A stretch of DNA of 53,063 nt from Planctomycetota bacterium (GTDB lineage Bacteria > Planctomycetota > UBA1135 > UBA2386): positions 1 through 53,063 of the forward strand of contig CANMWZ010000028.1 in assembly GCA_947501605.1 (NCBI GenBank), given 5' to 3'. Both the position numbers and the translations under genes were made by a program. Each line of letters opens with the position of its first letter. Within the stretch, counting starts at the first letter, position 1. The notes below the pieces were generated by a model. It saw only the letters and a program-made list of their open reading frames with translations. It searched no databases and was not told the origin of the DNA. Positions 9,661-19,721 of this stretch are shown piece after piece.

Positions 9661-10614
9661 ATGACGCCGATGCGCGACGACCTCCAGCGCATCGAGCGCC
9701 TGCGCGAACTGTTCCTCGACGAATCGCGCGGCGACCGCGCCCTGCCGGACTACTGGCGGGGACCGATGGACCTCGCGGCCTACGCCAGCGTGCTCGCCGT
9801 ACGCATCGGCTGGAAGTGGGATGCGGCGCTCTCGGAATGCAAGGACCGCGGCTTTGCCCGCGCCGACCAGGAGACGGTCCTCGACTTCGGCTGCGGCAGC
9901 GGCATCGCGGCCGAACGGTTCGTGCACCACTTCGGCGCGCGCGAGGTCTGGCTGCACGATCGCTCGGCAACGGCGCGGGCGTATGCCTGCGAGCGGGTCG
10001 CGACCAGCAATCCTGGACTCACGACCAAGGCGATCGCCGATGCGCGCACGGTGTCCCCCGACGTGCTGCTGGTGAGCCACGTGCTCGGCGAACTCGACGA
10101 CCGCGGCCGCCAGGTGCTGCGCGAACTCATCGGGCGCTCGCGCCGAGTCGTCTTGGTCGAACCGGGCAACCACACGACATCGCGCCGACTGTCGGCGCTG
10201 CGACAAGAACTGCTCGCCGACTTCGAGGTGCTGGCGCCCTGCCCGCATGCGGCGGCATGCCCGGCGCTCGCGCGCGACGAGGACTGGTGCCACTTCTTCG
10301 CCGAACCATCGCAGTTGGCCTTTACCAACAGTGCCTGGGTCAAGATCAGCAAAGAACTCGGCATCGACCAGCGATCGCTGCCGTACGCGTTCTTGGCGCT
10401 GGCGCACAAGCCGGTCGAGACCAAGCTCGCGGCACCACCGCATCGCGTGCTGTTTCGCCCGGACCTCGGCAAGCATGACGCGCGCGTGCAGCTGTGCACC
10501 GATCACGGACTGGTGGAAGCGCTGGTGACGAAGCGTGCCGATCCGGCGACCTTTCGGACCCTGAAGAAGAACCCGGAGAGCGTGCGCACGCTGCCGGCGC
10601 CTGACGCCCGCTGA
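9661..10614 (+). CDS. Rsm22/METTL17-family SAM-dependent methyltransferase-like protein
   Basis: VLDFGCGSG SAM motif; SHVLGEL; LVEPG; EVLAPCPHAAACP...WCHFF...QLCT Rsm22 signature. Confidence 0.8.
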   Translation: MTPMRDDLQRIERLRELFLDESRGDRALPDYWRGPMDLAAYASVLAVRIGWKWDAALSECKDRGFARADQETVLDFGCGSGIAAERFVHHFGAREVWLHDRSATARAYACERVATSNPGLTTKAIADARTVSPDVLLVSHVLGELDDRGRQVLRELIGRSRRVVLVEPGNHTTSRRLSALRQELLADFEVLAPCPHAAACPALARDEDWCHFFAEPSQLAFTNSAWVKISKELGIDQRSLPYAFLALAHKPVETKLAAPPHRVLFRPDLGKHDARVQLCTDHGLVEALVTKRADPATFRTLKKNPESVRTLPAPDAR

Positions 10615-10841
10615 CGTCGCCGAACTGGGCAGGCCCGAACTCGGACAGCAGGCCCGTCCGCCAGCACCGGCTGCACGCGCGCGCCGCCGAGATCGGCCCG
10701 GTGCCAGGCACGCCCGCAGAAGGCGCGGTGTCATGGGCTCGCAGCCTGCCATCGCCTGCGCAACTCGACAGCATCGCCGAGCTGCGCTCACTCAGGACTC
10801 CTCGTTCGCGACCTGGAGGAAGCCGGGCTACAACACGCGCC

Positions 10842-12056
10842 ATGCGATTCCATGCCATCGCGGCGCTGTTCGCCTTCGCGCTGCCGCTGACGGCGCAGAA
10901 TGCCGACTCCGAGCCCGATGTCGCGGCCCAGATCGCCGACACCGCGGCCTTCACTACGCGCGAGGTCGGCGACGGCATCGTGCTGCGTCAGCGTTGGTTC
11001 GCGAAGCTGTTCGACGGGCCGCAGAGCCTCACAGTGCTCGAACTGCAGCGCGACCGCGTGACGCTCCGCTTCGATGTCGAAGCACCTGGCAAGCTGACGC
11101 CCACCAGCACCATGGCGGCGCAGCGCGGGGCCCTGGCAGCGATCAACGGTGGCTTCTTCGAGCCCGACGCGCGCCCGCGCGGCCTGTTGCGTCTCGATGG
11201 CACGTTGTTGGTTCCCGCAACCGCCGGGCAGGGCAGCCTCGGCATCGACGAGCACGGCGGCCTCCTGCTCGCCGAGCGACCGGCCGGCGACTGGCCGGAG
11301 ATGCGCGAAGCGCTCGGCGCCGGCGTCGTGCTGCTGCACGAGGGCAAGGTCGTGGATCACGGCGAGCGCCAGCGCTCGATCCGCCATCCGCGATCGGCCG
11401 TCGGCACGACTGCCGATGGACGCATCCTGCTGGTCACGATCGATGGTCGCACCGACAAGGCCAGGGGCACGAGCTACGAAGAGACTGCCAAGTTGCTCGC
11501 CGCACTGGGGTGCACCGAGGCGATCAACCTCGATGGCGGCGGCAGTTCGACGTTGTGGGTCGCGACGCTCGGCGTCTGCAACTACCCGTGCGACAACTTG
11601 CGGTTCGACCATCAGGGCGAGCGCGCGGTTGCCAACGCGTTGCTGGTCTACGCGCCTGCTGTGATCCTGGTCGACGACGACGACGCCGAGTTGCGCGGTC
11701 AGGGCTTCGTCCAGGTTCGCGACGGCACCGGCATTCACGGCCCCGACTGCACGCTGTGGCAGGGCGACGGCGACGGCGAAGTGGTCTTTGCCGCCGAGCT
11801 GCCCTTTGCCGGGAAGTGGCGCGCACTGTTGTGGACGCCCAAGGTGAAGGGGGCTGAGGGCGCGCTACGGGCCGAGATCGCAGTCGGGACGCAACAACCA
11901 AAGCTCGACGGCCAGACGCTCCGCGGCAAGCCCGGCGAATGGGTCGAGATCGGTCGCTTCGAATTGGCCCAGAAAGGCCGCGTCGCGGCGCACCTCACGC
12001 CTGCGCGCGGGGCGCCGTTCGTCGCCGACGCGGTCAAGTTCGCGCAACAGCCATGA
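10842..12056 (+). CDS. Secreted phosphodiester glycosidase (NAGPA/DUF2233) family protein with C-terminal golvesin/CBM-like domain
   Basis: AAINGGFF, RHPRSAVG, TIDGR, AINLDGGGSSTL, ERAVANAL; C-terminal ILVDDDD...ADAVKF module; signal peptide. Confidence 0.85.
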   Translation: MRFHAIAALFAFALPLTAQNADSEPDVAAQIADTAAFTTREVGDGIVLRQRWFAKLFDGPQSLTVLELQRDRVTLRFDVEAPGKLTPTSTMAAQRGALAAINGGFFEPDARPRGLLRLDGTLLVPATAGQGSLGIDEHGGLLLAERPAGDWPEMREALGAGVVLLHEGKVVDHGERQRSIRHPRSAVGTTADGRILLVTIDGRTDKARGTSYEETAKLLAALGCTEAINLDGGGSSTLWVATLGVCNYPCDNLRFDHQGERAVANALLVYAPAVILVDDDDAELRGQGFVQVRDGTGIHGPDCTLWQGDGDGEVVFAAELPFAGKWRALLWTPKVKGAEGALRAEIAVGTQQPKLDGQTLRGKPGEWVEIGRFELAQKGRVAAHLTPARGAPFVADAVKFAQQP

Positions 12057-12285
12057 CGGGGCACGGCAGGGCCGCAGCGGTCTACCCTGCGCCCCGAGCC
12101 CTCGTCGCCAACCGACGCCCAGTCGCGGCGTTCCGAAATCGCGCCCGCCGATCGACCGCGCGCGGCACCAGGTGCAACTTGCAAAGGCGGCGACTGGCCT
12201 CCGCCCGCAGGGCGCGCATCGTGGCTCGCACATTTTTTTGCTTCGCTGAGGCATCGGCGCACCGCGCGGACATCTCTGCTGCGCC

Positions 12286-14892
12286 ATGACCCCGCCACGC
12301 CCCTCCGACTCCGCCCTGCTCGCCGAGAGCGCGTGGCTGCATCGCCTCGCGCGGCGGCTGTTGTCGCGGGACGAGGCCGACGACCTAGCCCAGGAAGCGC
12401 TGCTCGCCGCGTGGCAGCAACCGCCACAAACGCGCGTGCCGCTGCGCGCCTGGCTCGTGGGCATCGTGCGCAACCTCGCTCACGCCCACCGACGCAGCGA
12501 GCTTCGCCGCCAGAGCCACGAGGCAAACGTCCGGCCGCGACCGCCGCAGGACGACAGCGCACACATGCTCCTTCGGCTCGAGTTGCAGCAGCAGCTGCTC
12601 GCCGCCGTTCGTCAACTGGACGAGCCGTACCGCACGACGGTGTCCTTGCGGTTCCTCGATCAGCTGTCGGTCGAGGAGATCGCATCGCGCATGCAGGCCC
12701 CGTCAAAGACCGTGCGCACGCGCATCGACCGCGCCCTGGTTCGCCTTCGGCAGCGCCTCGATCGCGACTTCGGCAACCGCGGGGCGTGGATCGCCGCGAC
12801 CGTCCAACTGGTTCACGCCTCGCCGCCGACCCCGACGGCAGCCATCCCCGCCACCACCCCGTTGCTGACAACGGCAATCGCCCCCCTGTTCGTCATGGGA
12901 ACACTCGCCAAGTGGTCCGTGCCCGCTGCCGCGCTCGCGGTCTTGGGCTTCTTCGCCGTTCGCTCGATGGCGGGGCCGAGCCCCGATCTCGAGGCCAACG
13001 ACAACGCCCGCAGCCCCGCACAACTCGCCGCCAGCGCCAACCTGCCCGCACCGCTGCGAGTCGATGCCGGCAGCCAAGACCAGACCACGCGCGCGCTGGT
13101 CGCCAACGCCCTCGAGGACGGCAGCAACTCGACCGCGCCGAAAGAGCCTGCGACCCTGCGAGGTTTCGTCCGCGACGCATTGCAGCGACCCATCTTTGGG
13201 ATCGAGGTCCGCTACGCCCCCGATGACACCAAGCCGGCCACTGAGTTTGCCCCTCCCAACCCGGGCGCTGCCGGCCCCGAGGAACCAGAGCGGGCGGTTG
13301 CGATCACCGACGCGGTCGGCGCCTTCGCGCTGCCACTCGCCAATGGCACCTATCGCCTCGTCGCGCGCGGGCTTGGTCTCGAGACCCTGCGCGCGCCGAC
13401 GGTTCGTGGCGTCCAGCCCCCCGAACCGCTCATCGTCTACGTCGGGGCGGCCTGCGACTTCGCCGGGCGTGTCACCGATGCGAGCGGGGCGCCGATCCAA
13501 GAGGCCGAACTGCAAGTGCAACTGGATCCGGAGTTGGCACTGCAGCTCACGAGCAGCTCCCTGTCTGGGGCGATTCCCGTCGCCCGCGTGACCACCGACG
13601 CCGAGGGTCGCTTCACGTTTCCGGCCCTTGGCCATTCGCAGGGCCACCGCGTGTTCGTCGCCGCAGCGGGTTTCCATTCGGAACGGCGACCGCTGCCCGA
13701 CGGCAGCGATCGCGACCTGACTTTTACGCTGGTGCGCCGCGGCGCCGAGGCAGGGGTTTACGAAGGCCGCGTCGAGTACGCCGACGGCACGCCCGCCGCG
13801 GGGGCGTTCGTGTCTTCGGGTGATGCCGCGGTGCGCTGCGACGAGCACGGTCGATTCGCTCTGACGCCTGAGCCTGAATCCAAACCAACGCACGTGCGCG
13901 CCGCAGTGCAGGGTTACTTGCCCGCGCAGCTCGAACTCGAGAACGCCCCGCCCTCGACGCTGCGGGACCTCGTGCTCGTACTCGGCAGCAAGGGGCTGGA
14001 GATCACGGGTGTCGTGCGCAACGCAGAGGGCACGCCGATCGCGGACGCCCGGGTGTGGACCCAAGACGGCGATCGGTTTGGCTCGGTCGTGCATCGCGTT
14101 GGCGCAGTGAGCATGCAGTTGCCGTTTGACGTCGAAGGCATGATCGACGGCACCGACGACGGCCAGAAGGACGGCCGCGAGTGCCGCACCGGCACGGACG
14201 GCTCCTTCGCCTTGCGCAGTCTGGGCAATCGCAGCTATCGCGTGTTTGCACTGCGGCGAGGGACCCTTGAACTCGCGGGACCCATCGCGGTCGCGGCGGG
14301 CAGTCGCGACGTGCAGATCACGTTGCCGGGTCTCGAGCCAGCCGCCCGCATCGCCGGTCACGTGACGACGTTGGACGGCCGCCCGCTTGCCCACGCTCAG
14401 GTTCGCCTCGAACGAACGCTGGCCATGGCCGGGGGCTCGCCGCTGGTGGTGAGGGACGACGCGCCGACTGCGGTCAAGACCGATGACGACGGGGCGTTCG
14501 CATTCGACTCCGTCTGCACCGACGGCACGCGTCTGGTCGCCGAGCTGTCCGAAGGCGGCGGCAGCACCTCGCTCGACCTCGCGAGCGCAACGGACAAGGA
14601 GCAGATTGTGTTGGCGGTATCCCAGCGCTGCTTCTTGCGCGTCGAGCTGCGGGATCCGACCTCGGCCGAGACGATCTTCGTGCACGACGCCAAAGGCACC
14701 GCGCTGCAACTCGAGTTCGAGATCGGCGGCGTGCGACTGCAAGCACCCGGGCTCCCGATCGCAGACGGCAAGAGCGAGCGCATCGCCACCGACGAACGCG
14801 CGGCAACGCTGGTGCTCTGGAAAGGCCGCCAAGAAGTCGGGCGCGTCCCGCTGCGCCTGCGTGCCGGCGAAGTGGAGACCGTTCGCTGGTGA
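12286..14892 (+). CDS. ECF sigma-70 factor fused to a transmembrane helix and carboxypeptidase-regulatory-like repeats
   Basis: Sigma2 (ADDLAQEALL...AWLVGIVRN), sigma4 (LDEPYR...LSVEEIA...TVRTRIDRAL), TM segment, five G-x-V-x-x-x-x-G-x-P-type repeats. Confidence 0.88.
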   Translation: MTPPRPSDSALLAESAWLHRLARRLLSRDEADDLAQEALLAAWQQPPQTRVPLRAWLVGIVRNLAHAHRRSELRRQSHEANVRPRPPQDDSAHMLLRLELQQQLLAAVRQLDEPYRTTVSLRFLDQLSVEEIASRMQAPSKTVRTRIDRALVRLRQRLDRDFGNRGAWIAATVQLVHASPPTPTAAIPATTPLLTTAIAPLFVMGTLAKWSVPAAALAVLGFFAVRSMAGPSPDLEANDNARSPAQLAASANLPAPLRVDAGSQDQTTRALVANALEDGSNSTAPKEPATLRGFVRDALQRPIFGIEVRYAPDDTKPATEFAPPNPGAAGPEEPERAVAITDAVGAFALPLANGTYRLVARGLGLETLRAPTVRGVQPPEPLIVYVGAACDFAGRVTDASGAPIQEAELQVQLDPELALQLTSSSLSGAIPVARVTTDAEGRFTFPALGHSQGHRVFVAAAGFHSERRPLPDGSDRDLTFTLVRRGAEAGVYEGRVEYADGTPAAGAFVSSGDAAVRCDEHGRFALTPEPESKPTHVRAAVQGYLPAQLELENAPPSTLRDLVLVLGSKGLEITGVVRNAEGTPIADARVWTQDGDRFGSVVHRVGAVSMQLPFDVEGMIDGTDDGQKDGRECRTGTDGSFALRSLGNRSYRVFALRRGTLELAGPIAVAAGSRDVQITLPGLEPAARIAGHVTTLDGRPLAHAQVRLERTLAMAGGSPLVVRDDAPTAVKTDDDGAFAFDSVCTDGTRLVAELSEGGGSTSLDLASATDKEQIVLAVSQRCFLRVELRDPTSAETIFVHDAKGTALQLEFEIGGVRLQAPGLPIADGKSERIATDERAATLVLWKGRQEVGRVPLRLRAGEVETVRW

Positions 14893-15008
14893 CTTGCTGT
14901 TGGTGATTGGGCGCGGATCCCTGGCAGCGGAGCGCAGGAGGTGGGATCGCTGTCGCTGAGTGGCGTGCCGAACTCGCATTGGCGCTGCGAGCCGCCGCAT
15001 GCGATCGT

Positions 15009-15581
15009 GTGGGCCTCGCCGTCCGCAGCCCCACCACTCCGCCTGTGCTCCATCGCTTCGAGATTGCTCTCGCCGACGTCGACCGTGGCGTCTACCTGGA
15101 CCTGGATCTGCGCGTCGCGCGCCACCCGTCCGAGGACACGCCGTACCTGTTGACCCGCGTCCTGGCGTTCGCGCTCGAACACCGCGACGGGCTCGCATTC
15201 GGCAAGAGTGTCAGCGACGGCGACGAGCCGGCTCTGTTCGTGCGCCTTGGCGACGGTCGCTACGTCGAGTGGATCGAGGTCGGGTCGCCAGCTCCCGATC
15301 GGCTGCACCGAGCGTCCAAGGCGTGCGAGCGCGTCGTCGTCTGGTGCCACCGCCGTCCCGACATGCTGCAACAGCGCTGCGCCAAAGAGAAGGTGCACAA
15401 GGCCGAGGCGATCACGGTGATGAAGGTGCCGACCGCACTGCTCGACGCACTGGAGAAGAAGCTCGACCGCAACAACCGCTGGGACCTGTCGCGCCTCGAA
15501 GGCCGCGTGACGATCGTGATCGGCGGCGAAGTGATCGAAGCTGCGATCGAGTCGATGCCGCTGTCGCCAGCGCCAACTTGA
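15009..15581 (+). CDS. yaeQ: YaeQ family protein
   Basis: IALADVDRGVY, ARHPSE, RVLAFAL, DEPAL, WIEVGSP..DRLHRASKA. Start uncertain (GTG 15009 or 15045). Confidence 0.85.
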   Translation: MGLAVRSPTTPPVLHRFEIALADVDRGVYLDLDLRVARHPSEDTPYLLTRVLAFALEHRDGLAFGKSVSDGDEPALFVRLGDGRYVEWIEVGSPAPDRLHRASKACERVVVWCHRRPDMLQQRCAKEKVHKAEAITVMKVPTALLDALEKKLDRNNRWDLSRLEGRVTIVIGGEVIEAAIESMPLSPAPT

Positions 15582-15664
15582 CGCCACGCTACGCCTATTG
15601 CTCCCGCCCTCCGCGCGGCACGCCGCCGCGCTTCGTCCACCAGCCCGTCCGCCAAGAGACCCAC

Positions 15665-16864
15665 GTGACCGCACTCTCTGATTTCTTGCAGCATCTGGCC
15701 AAGAGCTGCGAGAACGACTCGTTCGTGCGCCTCGCTCTGTCCACCGCGACCGACGAGACCGCCGCCGTTCAACGCATCCACGCTCGACTCGTCGAACTCC
15801 AAGGTGCTCTACACTTGTCGTTCACCTTGCGCGAAGAGCGCCGCGATACGACGCAGAACCTCTCCGTCCGCGAGGGCCTGGCGTTCATCAACAAGCAACT
15901 GCGCGGTCCATTCCGCTCGGCGATGCTGGCGACGACCGCGGCCGACTGGCAGTTGCAGTCCGCAGCCGCGGCCGACGCGAAGCTGATCCGCCATCGCGCC
16001 AGCGAGACGCGGGCGCCACGACGAACGCACGACACCGAGAAGCCGACGTTCCTCGGCGAGGCGGCGCAGCCGTTCTTGAAAGCCCTCTCGATCGTCGATG
16101 ACCACGGCCGCCCGCGGCCGAAGCTCGCCGACAAGCACGCCCAGATCGACCGCTTCACCGAGATCCTGTTCCACCTCGCGCAAGACTGCGGCTTTGGCGA
16201 TACGCCCAGCGACTCGAAGCCGCTGCGCTTCGTCGACGTCGGCTGCGGCAAGGGTCACCTGACGTTTGCTGCCTGGCACCTCGGCAAGAACGTGCTGCAG
16301 CGAGAGGTCCTGGTCATCGGCGTCGAAGAGCGCGGCGAACTGGTCGCCGCCGCGAACGCGTTGGCCAAGCCGCTGTGCGCGGATTCGCTGCAATTCGTGC
16401 GCGGCGACATCCAGCACGTGGAGTTGCCGGCGATGGACGGACTGATCGCGCTGCACGCGTGCAACACCGCAACGGACCACGCGATCCGCCGCGGCATCGC
16501 GGCGCGCAGCAAGCTGATCGTGGTGGCCCCGTGCTGCCACCAAGAAGTGCGACCCCAGCTCGCCGCACCGGAGCCGCTGTCGACCGCACTGCGCCACGGC
16601 ATCCTCGCCGAACGCATGGCAGAGTGGGCGACGGATGCGCTGCGGACGATGGTGCTCGAATGGGCCGGCTACAAGACCAAGGCGATCGAGTTCGTCAGCA
16701 CCGAACACACGGGCAAGAACCTGATGCTCGCCGGTGTGCGCATCGACGCCGGGATCGCGCCCGAGGAGCAAATGGCGTTGCGGGCCAAGATCGATGCCTT
16801 CCGCGCCTTCTTCGGCATCGGCACCCACGCGCTCGACGCCGTGCTCGATCCGGCGCGCACCTGA
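15665..16864 (+). CDS. SAM-dependent methyltransferase (Methyltransf_32-like)
   Basis: KHAQIDRF, FVDVGCGKGHLTFA, IALHACNTATD, APCCHQE, EFVSTEHTGKNLM. GTG start at 15665. Confidence 0.85.
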   Translation: MTALSDFLQHLAKSCENDSFVRLALSTATDETAAVQRIHARLVELQGALHLSFTLREERRDTTQNLSVREGLAFINKQLRGPFRSAMLATTAADWQLQSAAAADAKLIRHRASETRAPRRTHDTEKPTFLGEAAQPFLKALSIVDDHGRPRPKLADKHAQIDRFTEILFHLAQDCGFGDTPSDSKPLRFVDVGCGKGHLTFAAWHLGKNVLQREVLVIGVEERGELVAAANALAKPLCADSLQFVRGDIQHVELPAMDGLIALHACNTATDHAIRRGIAARSKLIVVAPCCHQEVRPQLAAPEPLSTALRHGILAERMAEWATDALRTMVLEWAGYKTKAIEFVSTEHTGKNLMLAGVRIDAGIAPEEQMALRAKIDAFRAFFGIGTHALDAVLDPART

Positions 16865-16873
16865 GTCGCTGAC

Positions 16874-17071
16874 TCAGCCGGTGACGTCGACGACGCTGCC
16901 CTTGCCGGGCTCCTGCACGGGCGGCGGCGGCGCGATGTCGGCCGCGGCAATCAGCTTCAGCGCGGCGCGACCTTCGAGCTTCTGCTGCTGCAACATCTTG
17001 CCGAGCACGGCAAGGCCGAGACCGCTGTTGGCGTCGACGGTGTCCGCGCCAGGGCACGAGGAGCAACTCAT
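16874..17071 (-). CDS. Small YjfB-like (putative motility) protein, 65 aa
   Basis: LAVLGKMLQQQK.EG.AALKLI...PGKGSVVDV matches the YjfB pattern; fills the gap between two + strand genes. Confidence 0.6.
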   Translation of the reverse strand: MSCSSCPGADTVDANSGLGLAVLGKMLQQQKLEGRAALKLIAAADIAPPPPVQEPGKGSVVDVTG

Positions 17072-17194
17072 GGGCAGACCATCGGCAGCCACGATGGGCG
17101 AACCGTTGACCGGTCGCGCACTGCCCGTGCCATCGGCCGACTGCCGCGTGCTGGCGCTGGTGCTCTCTGCCGCCCCATCTACCCTCTGCGTTCC

Positions 17195-18190
17195 ATGCAG
17201 ATCCCCGAGCACTGGGCCGAGGCGCGCACCGAAGGCAAGGTGAAGGGCAAGCGCCGCGTCGTGCGTCGCTTCGGTTGGTCGGACACGAGCGCCGCCGAGG
17301 CAGAGGAGATGGCCGAGCGCCGCGCCGCCGCAGCACTGAGCGAGCTGCAGCAGGGCCGCATCGTGAACGCGCGCGAACCGAAGATCGCCTACGGCGGTGA
17401 CGGCCTGCCGATCCGTGAGCAGGTCCTCGCTCGCGACGGCGACCTCGTCATCACGCGCAACTCCTACGGTGCCCACTGTCTCAACGAACCCGACGTGATG
17501 TTCGTCGATGTGGACGTCGAGGCCGTGCTGGCGCCGTGGCTAGAGCGCGCGTTGTCCAACACCGCGAGTGTGGGCGCGATCTTCTGCGTACTACTGGCGA
17601 TCTGGCTGTTCTCGCACCAAGGCCCGGTCGGTTGCGTTCTGCTCCTAGCCGCAGTTCTGCTGCCGCTATTGGTCGTATCGATACGGCAGAAGCTGCGCGA
17701 CCGACCGGGCGTTTTCGCGGCCAACAAGCAACAAGCGCGCGAACGCATCGACGAAGTCGCCAGCACGACCCAGAATGGTCGCTTCGCGGTCTACGAGACG
17801 CCGAGAGGTTGGCGCGTGCTGGCGCTGCACCGGACCTTCGACCCACGGAGTCGCGAGGCGCGCGACCTGATGACCGCGTTCGGCACCGACCCGACCTACG
17901 CGCAGATGTGCGAAGTGCAGGCCTGCTTTCGAGCGCGCACGAGCGGCAAGCCTTGGCGCATGGGCATCGCGACCAATATGCGGCCGCGACCAGGACTGTG
18001 GCCGATCCGCCCCGAACGCATGCCTGTGCGCGAGGCCTGGGTCACCGACTACGAGGCCCGCGCCGCCGGCTTTGCTGCCTGTCGGTTCGTCGCCGAGCTC
18101 GGCACCGGCCGATGCGATCCGCGATGCCAGCGCGTGCAGCGGGTGCACGACGAACTGGCGAAGGCGCGGTCGCAGCTGCCGCTGGCGTGA
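17195..18190 (+). CDS. Conserved hypothetical membrane protein (possible AEP/PrimPol-like motifs)
   Basis: 331-aa ORF with typical codon bias, two TM segments, motifs MFVDVD, YETPRGWRV, GTDPTY, CFRAR..KPWR; TACCCT 9 nt before ATG. Confidence 0.75.
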   Translation: MQIPEHWAEARTEGKVKGKRRVVRRFGWSDTSAAEAEEMAERRAAAALSELQQGRIVNAREPKIAYGGDGLPIREQVLARDGDLVITRNSYGAHCLNEPDVMFVDVDVEAVLAPWLERALSNTASVGAIFCVLLAIWLFSHQGPVGCVLLLAAVLLPLLVVSIRQKLRDRPGVFAANKQQARERIDEVASTTQNGRFAVYETPRGWRVLALHRTFDPRSREARDLMTAFGTDPTYAQMCEVQACFRARTSGKPWRMGIATNMRPRPGLWPIRPERMPVREAWVTDYEARAAGFAACRFVAELGTGRCDPRCQRVQRVHDELAKARSQLPLA

Positions 18191-18278
18191 GGCTACAGCG
18201 ACGAGCGCTGCGGCGCGGCAATGGGACACCAGGCGTGTTGGGTCTTCGGCCCCGAGGGCCAACGTGTGAGCCGCCCCG

Positions 18279-18974
18279 CTAGTGGGGTGCCTGCAGCAGA
18301 CGCGTGGCGCCGGCCAGCACCGCGGTCTCGGTGCGCAAGGTCAACGGCCCGAGGCTGCGCGGCAAGAAGCCGTGCTCGACCAACAACGCGAGCTCGCGGT
18401 CGGTGAGGCCGCCTTCAGGGCCAACGACCAGCAGTGCGCGCGACGTCTGCGCGGGACCGAGCTCGATCTCCGCAGGCGTGGCCACGTAGCGCTCCGCGAC
18501 GCCTGGCTGGGCACACAGATCGGCGAGCGTCACCGTCTGTGCCACTGTCGGCAACAGCGCGCGGTCGCACTGCGCGCAGGCTTCGATCAGCACGCGCTGC
18601 CAGTGCGCCCGGTCCTCGTGGCGACGGTTGGTGCGCTCCGTCAGCAGCGGCACGAACGTGCTGACGCCGGCCTCGGTGCCGTGCTCGAACAGCCAGTCAG
18701 CGCGCGCGCTGCGTGGCAGGGCACAGGCGATGTCGAGCTGCAGCCGCGGCGATCGGCCGAGTGGCACAACCAGCGCCTCGCCCACCTCGACGCGCACTTC
18801 GCGGCTGCCGACTTCGAGCACGGTGGCGGCGGTCTCGTGGCCCTTGCCGTCGAACAGCACCACCGCGTCGCCGGGGCTGGTGCGCACGATGCGCCCGAGA
18901 TGGTGCCCGAGCTTCTGGCTCAACGTCGCGGGACCGCGAGGCGGGATCAAGTCGGTGAAGAAGCGGCGCGCCAT
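18279..18974 (-). CDS. rsmE: 16S rRNA m3U1498 methyltransferase RsmE
   Basis: HHLGRIVR, LFDGKG, EACAQC.R, VGPEGGLT..E, SLGPLTLRTETA SPOUT motifs. Confidence 0.9.
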   Translation of the reverse strand: MARRFFTDLIPPRGPATLSQKLGHHLGRIVRTSPGDAVVLFDGKGHETAATVLEVGSREVRVEVGEALVVPLGRSPRLQLDIACALPRSARADWLFEHGTEAGVSTFVPLLTERTNRRHEDRAHWQRVLIEACAQCDRALLPTVAQTVTLADLCAQPGVAERYVATPAEIELGPAQTSRALLVVGPEGGLTDRELALLVEHGFLPRSLGPLTLRTETAVLAGATRLLQAPH

Positions 18975-19131
18975 CAGCAGCTGGCAGGGAACGGCCCTCG
19001 CGAGCGGATGTCCAGCCATTCTCCGCGCGGCGGGCGGCGAATCGCGGCGTAGTCGCCTTCGATCGCGGCCAGCGTTGACCGCACTACTGAGAACGGGTGA
19101 CCCAGAATCGGCGGTTCGCTACGGTGCGAGC

Positions 19132-19650
19132 ATGGACCCCGCCTGCGTCGCGATCGTGCAACAGGCCATCGCGGTGGTGCGGCCGCAGTTCCGGCTCGAC
19201 TTCGACCACGGCATCCACGGCGTCGCGCACTGGAGTCGCGTTTGGATCCACGGTCGTGCGCTCGCGCGTTCGCTCGACGTCGATCCGCGCATCGTCGCAT
19301 GGTTTGCCTTCTTGCACGACAGCCAGCGCCACGATGACGGCATCGATCGAGGCCACGGCAGCCGCGCCGCGGACTTTGCCGTTCGCCTGCGGCGGCAGGG
19401 CGCAATCGCCGAGCTCGACGCCAGTGCGTTCGAGCAACTGTGCGAGGCGATGCGGCTCCACAGCGACGGCCACACCGAGCACGAGCCGGCGATCCGCGCC
19501 TGCTGGGATGCCGATCGGCTGGATCTCGGTCGCGTGGGCATTGTGCCGCACCCCCATTACCTCTGCACCGACCTGGGCCGCGACCCGGCGACGATCGCGC
19601 AGGCGCTGCGATGGACCAATGCCGCGCGGCGGCGGCGGCGTCCCCACTAG
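19132..19650 (+). CDS. HD-domain protein
   Basis: IHGVAHWSRV, FLHDSQR.DDG.D.GHG.RAA, CWDADRLDLGRVGI. Confidence 0.85.
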   Translation: MDPACVAIVQQAIAVVRPQFRLDFDHGIHGVAHWSRVWIHGRALARSLDVDPRIVAWFAFLHDSQRHDDGIDRGHGSRAADFAVRLRRQGAIAELDASAFEQLCEAMRLHSDGHTEHEPAIRACWDADRLDLGRVGIVPHPHYLCTDLGRDPATIAQALRWTNAARRRRRPH

Positions 19651-19721
19651 CAGCCCGGGGCAGGACGACTCGCGCTTCCACGGGCGGTTAACACAATCAG
19701 CGCCGCGGACGTCTTTCCGCC

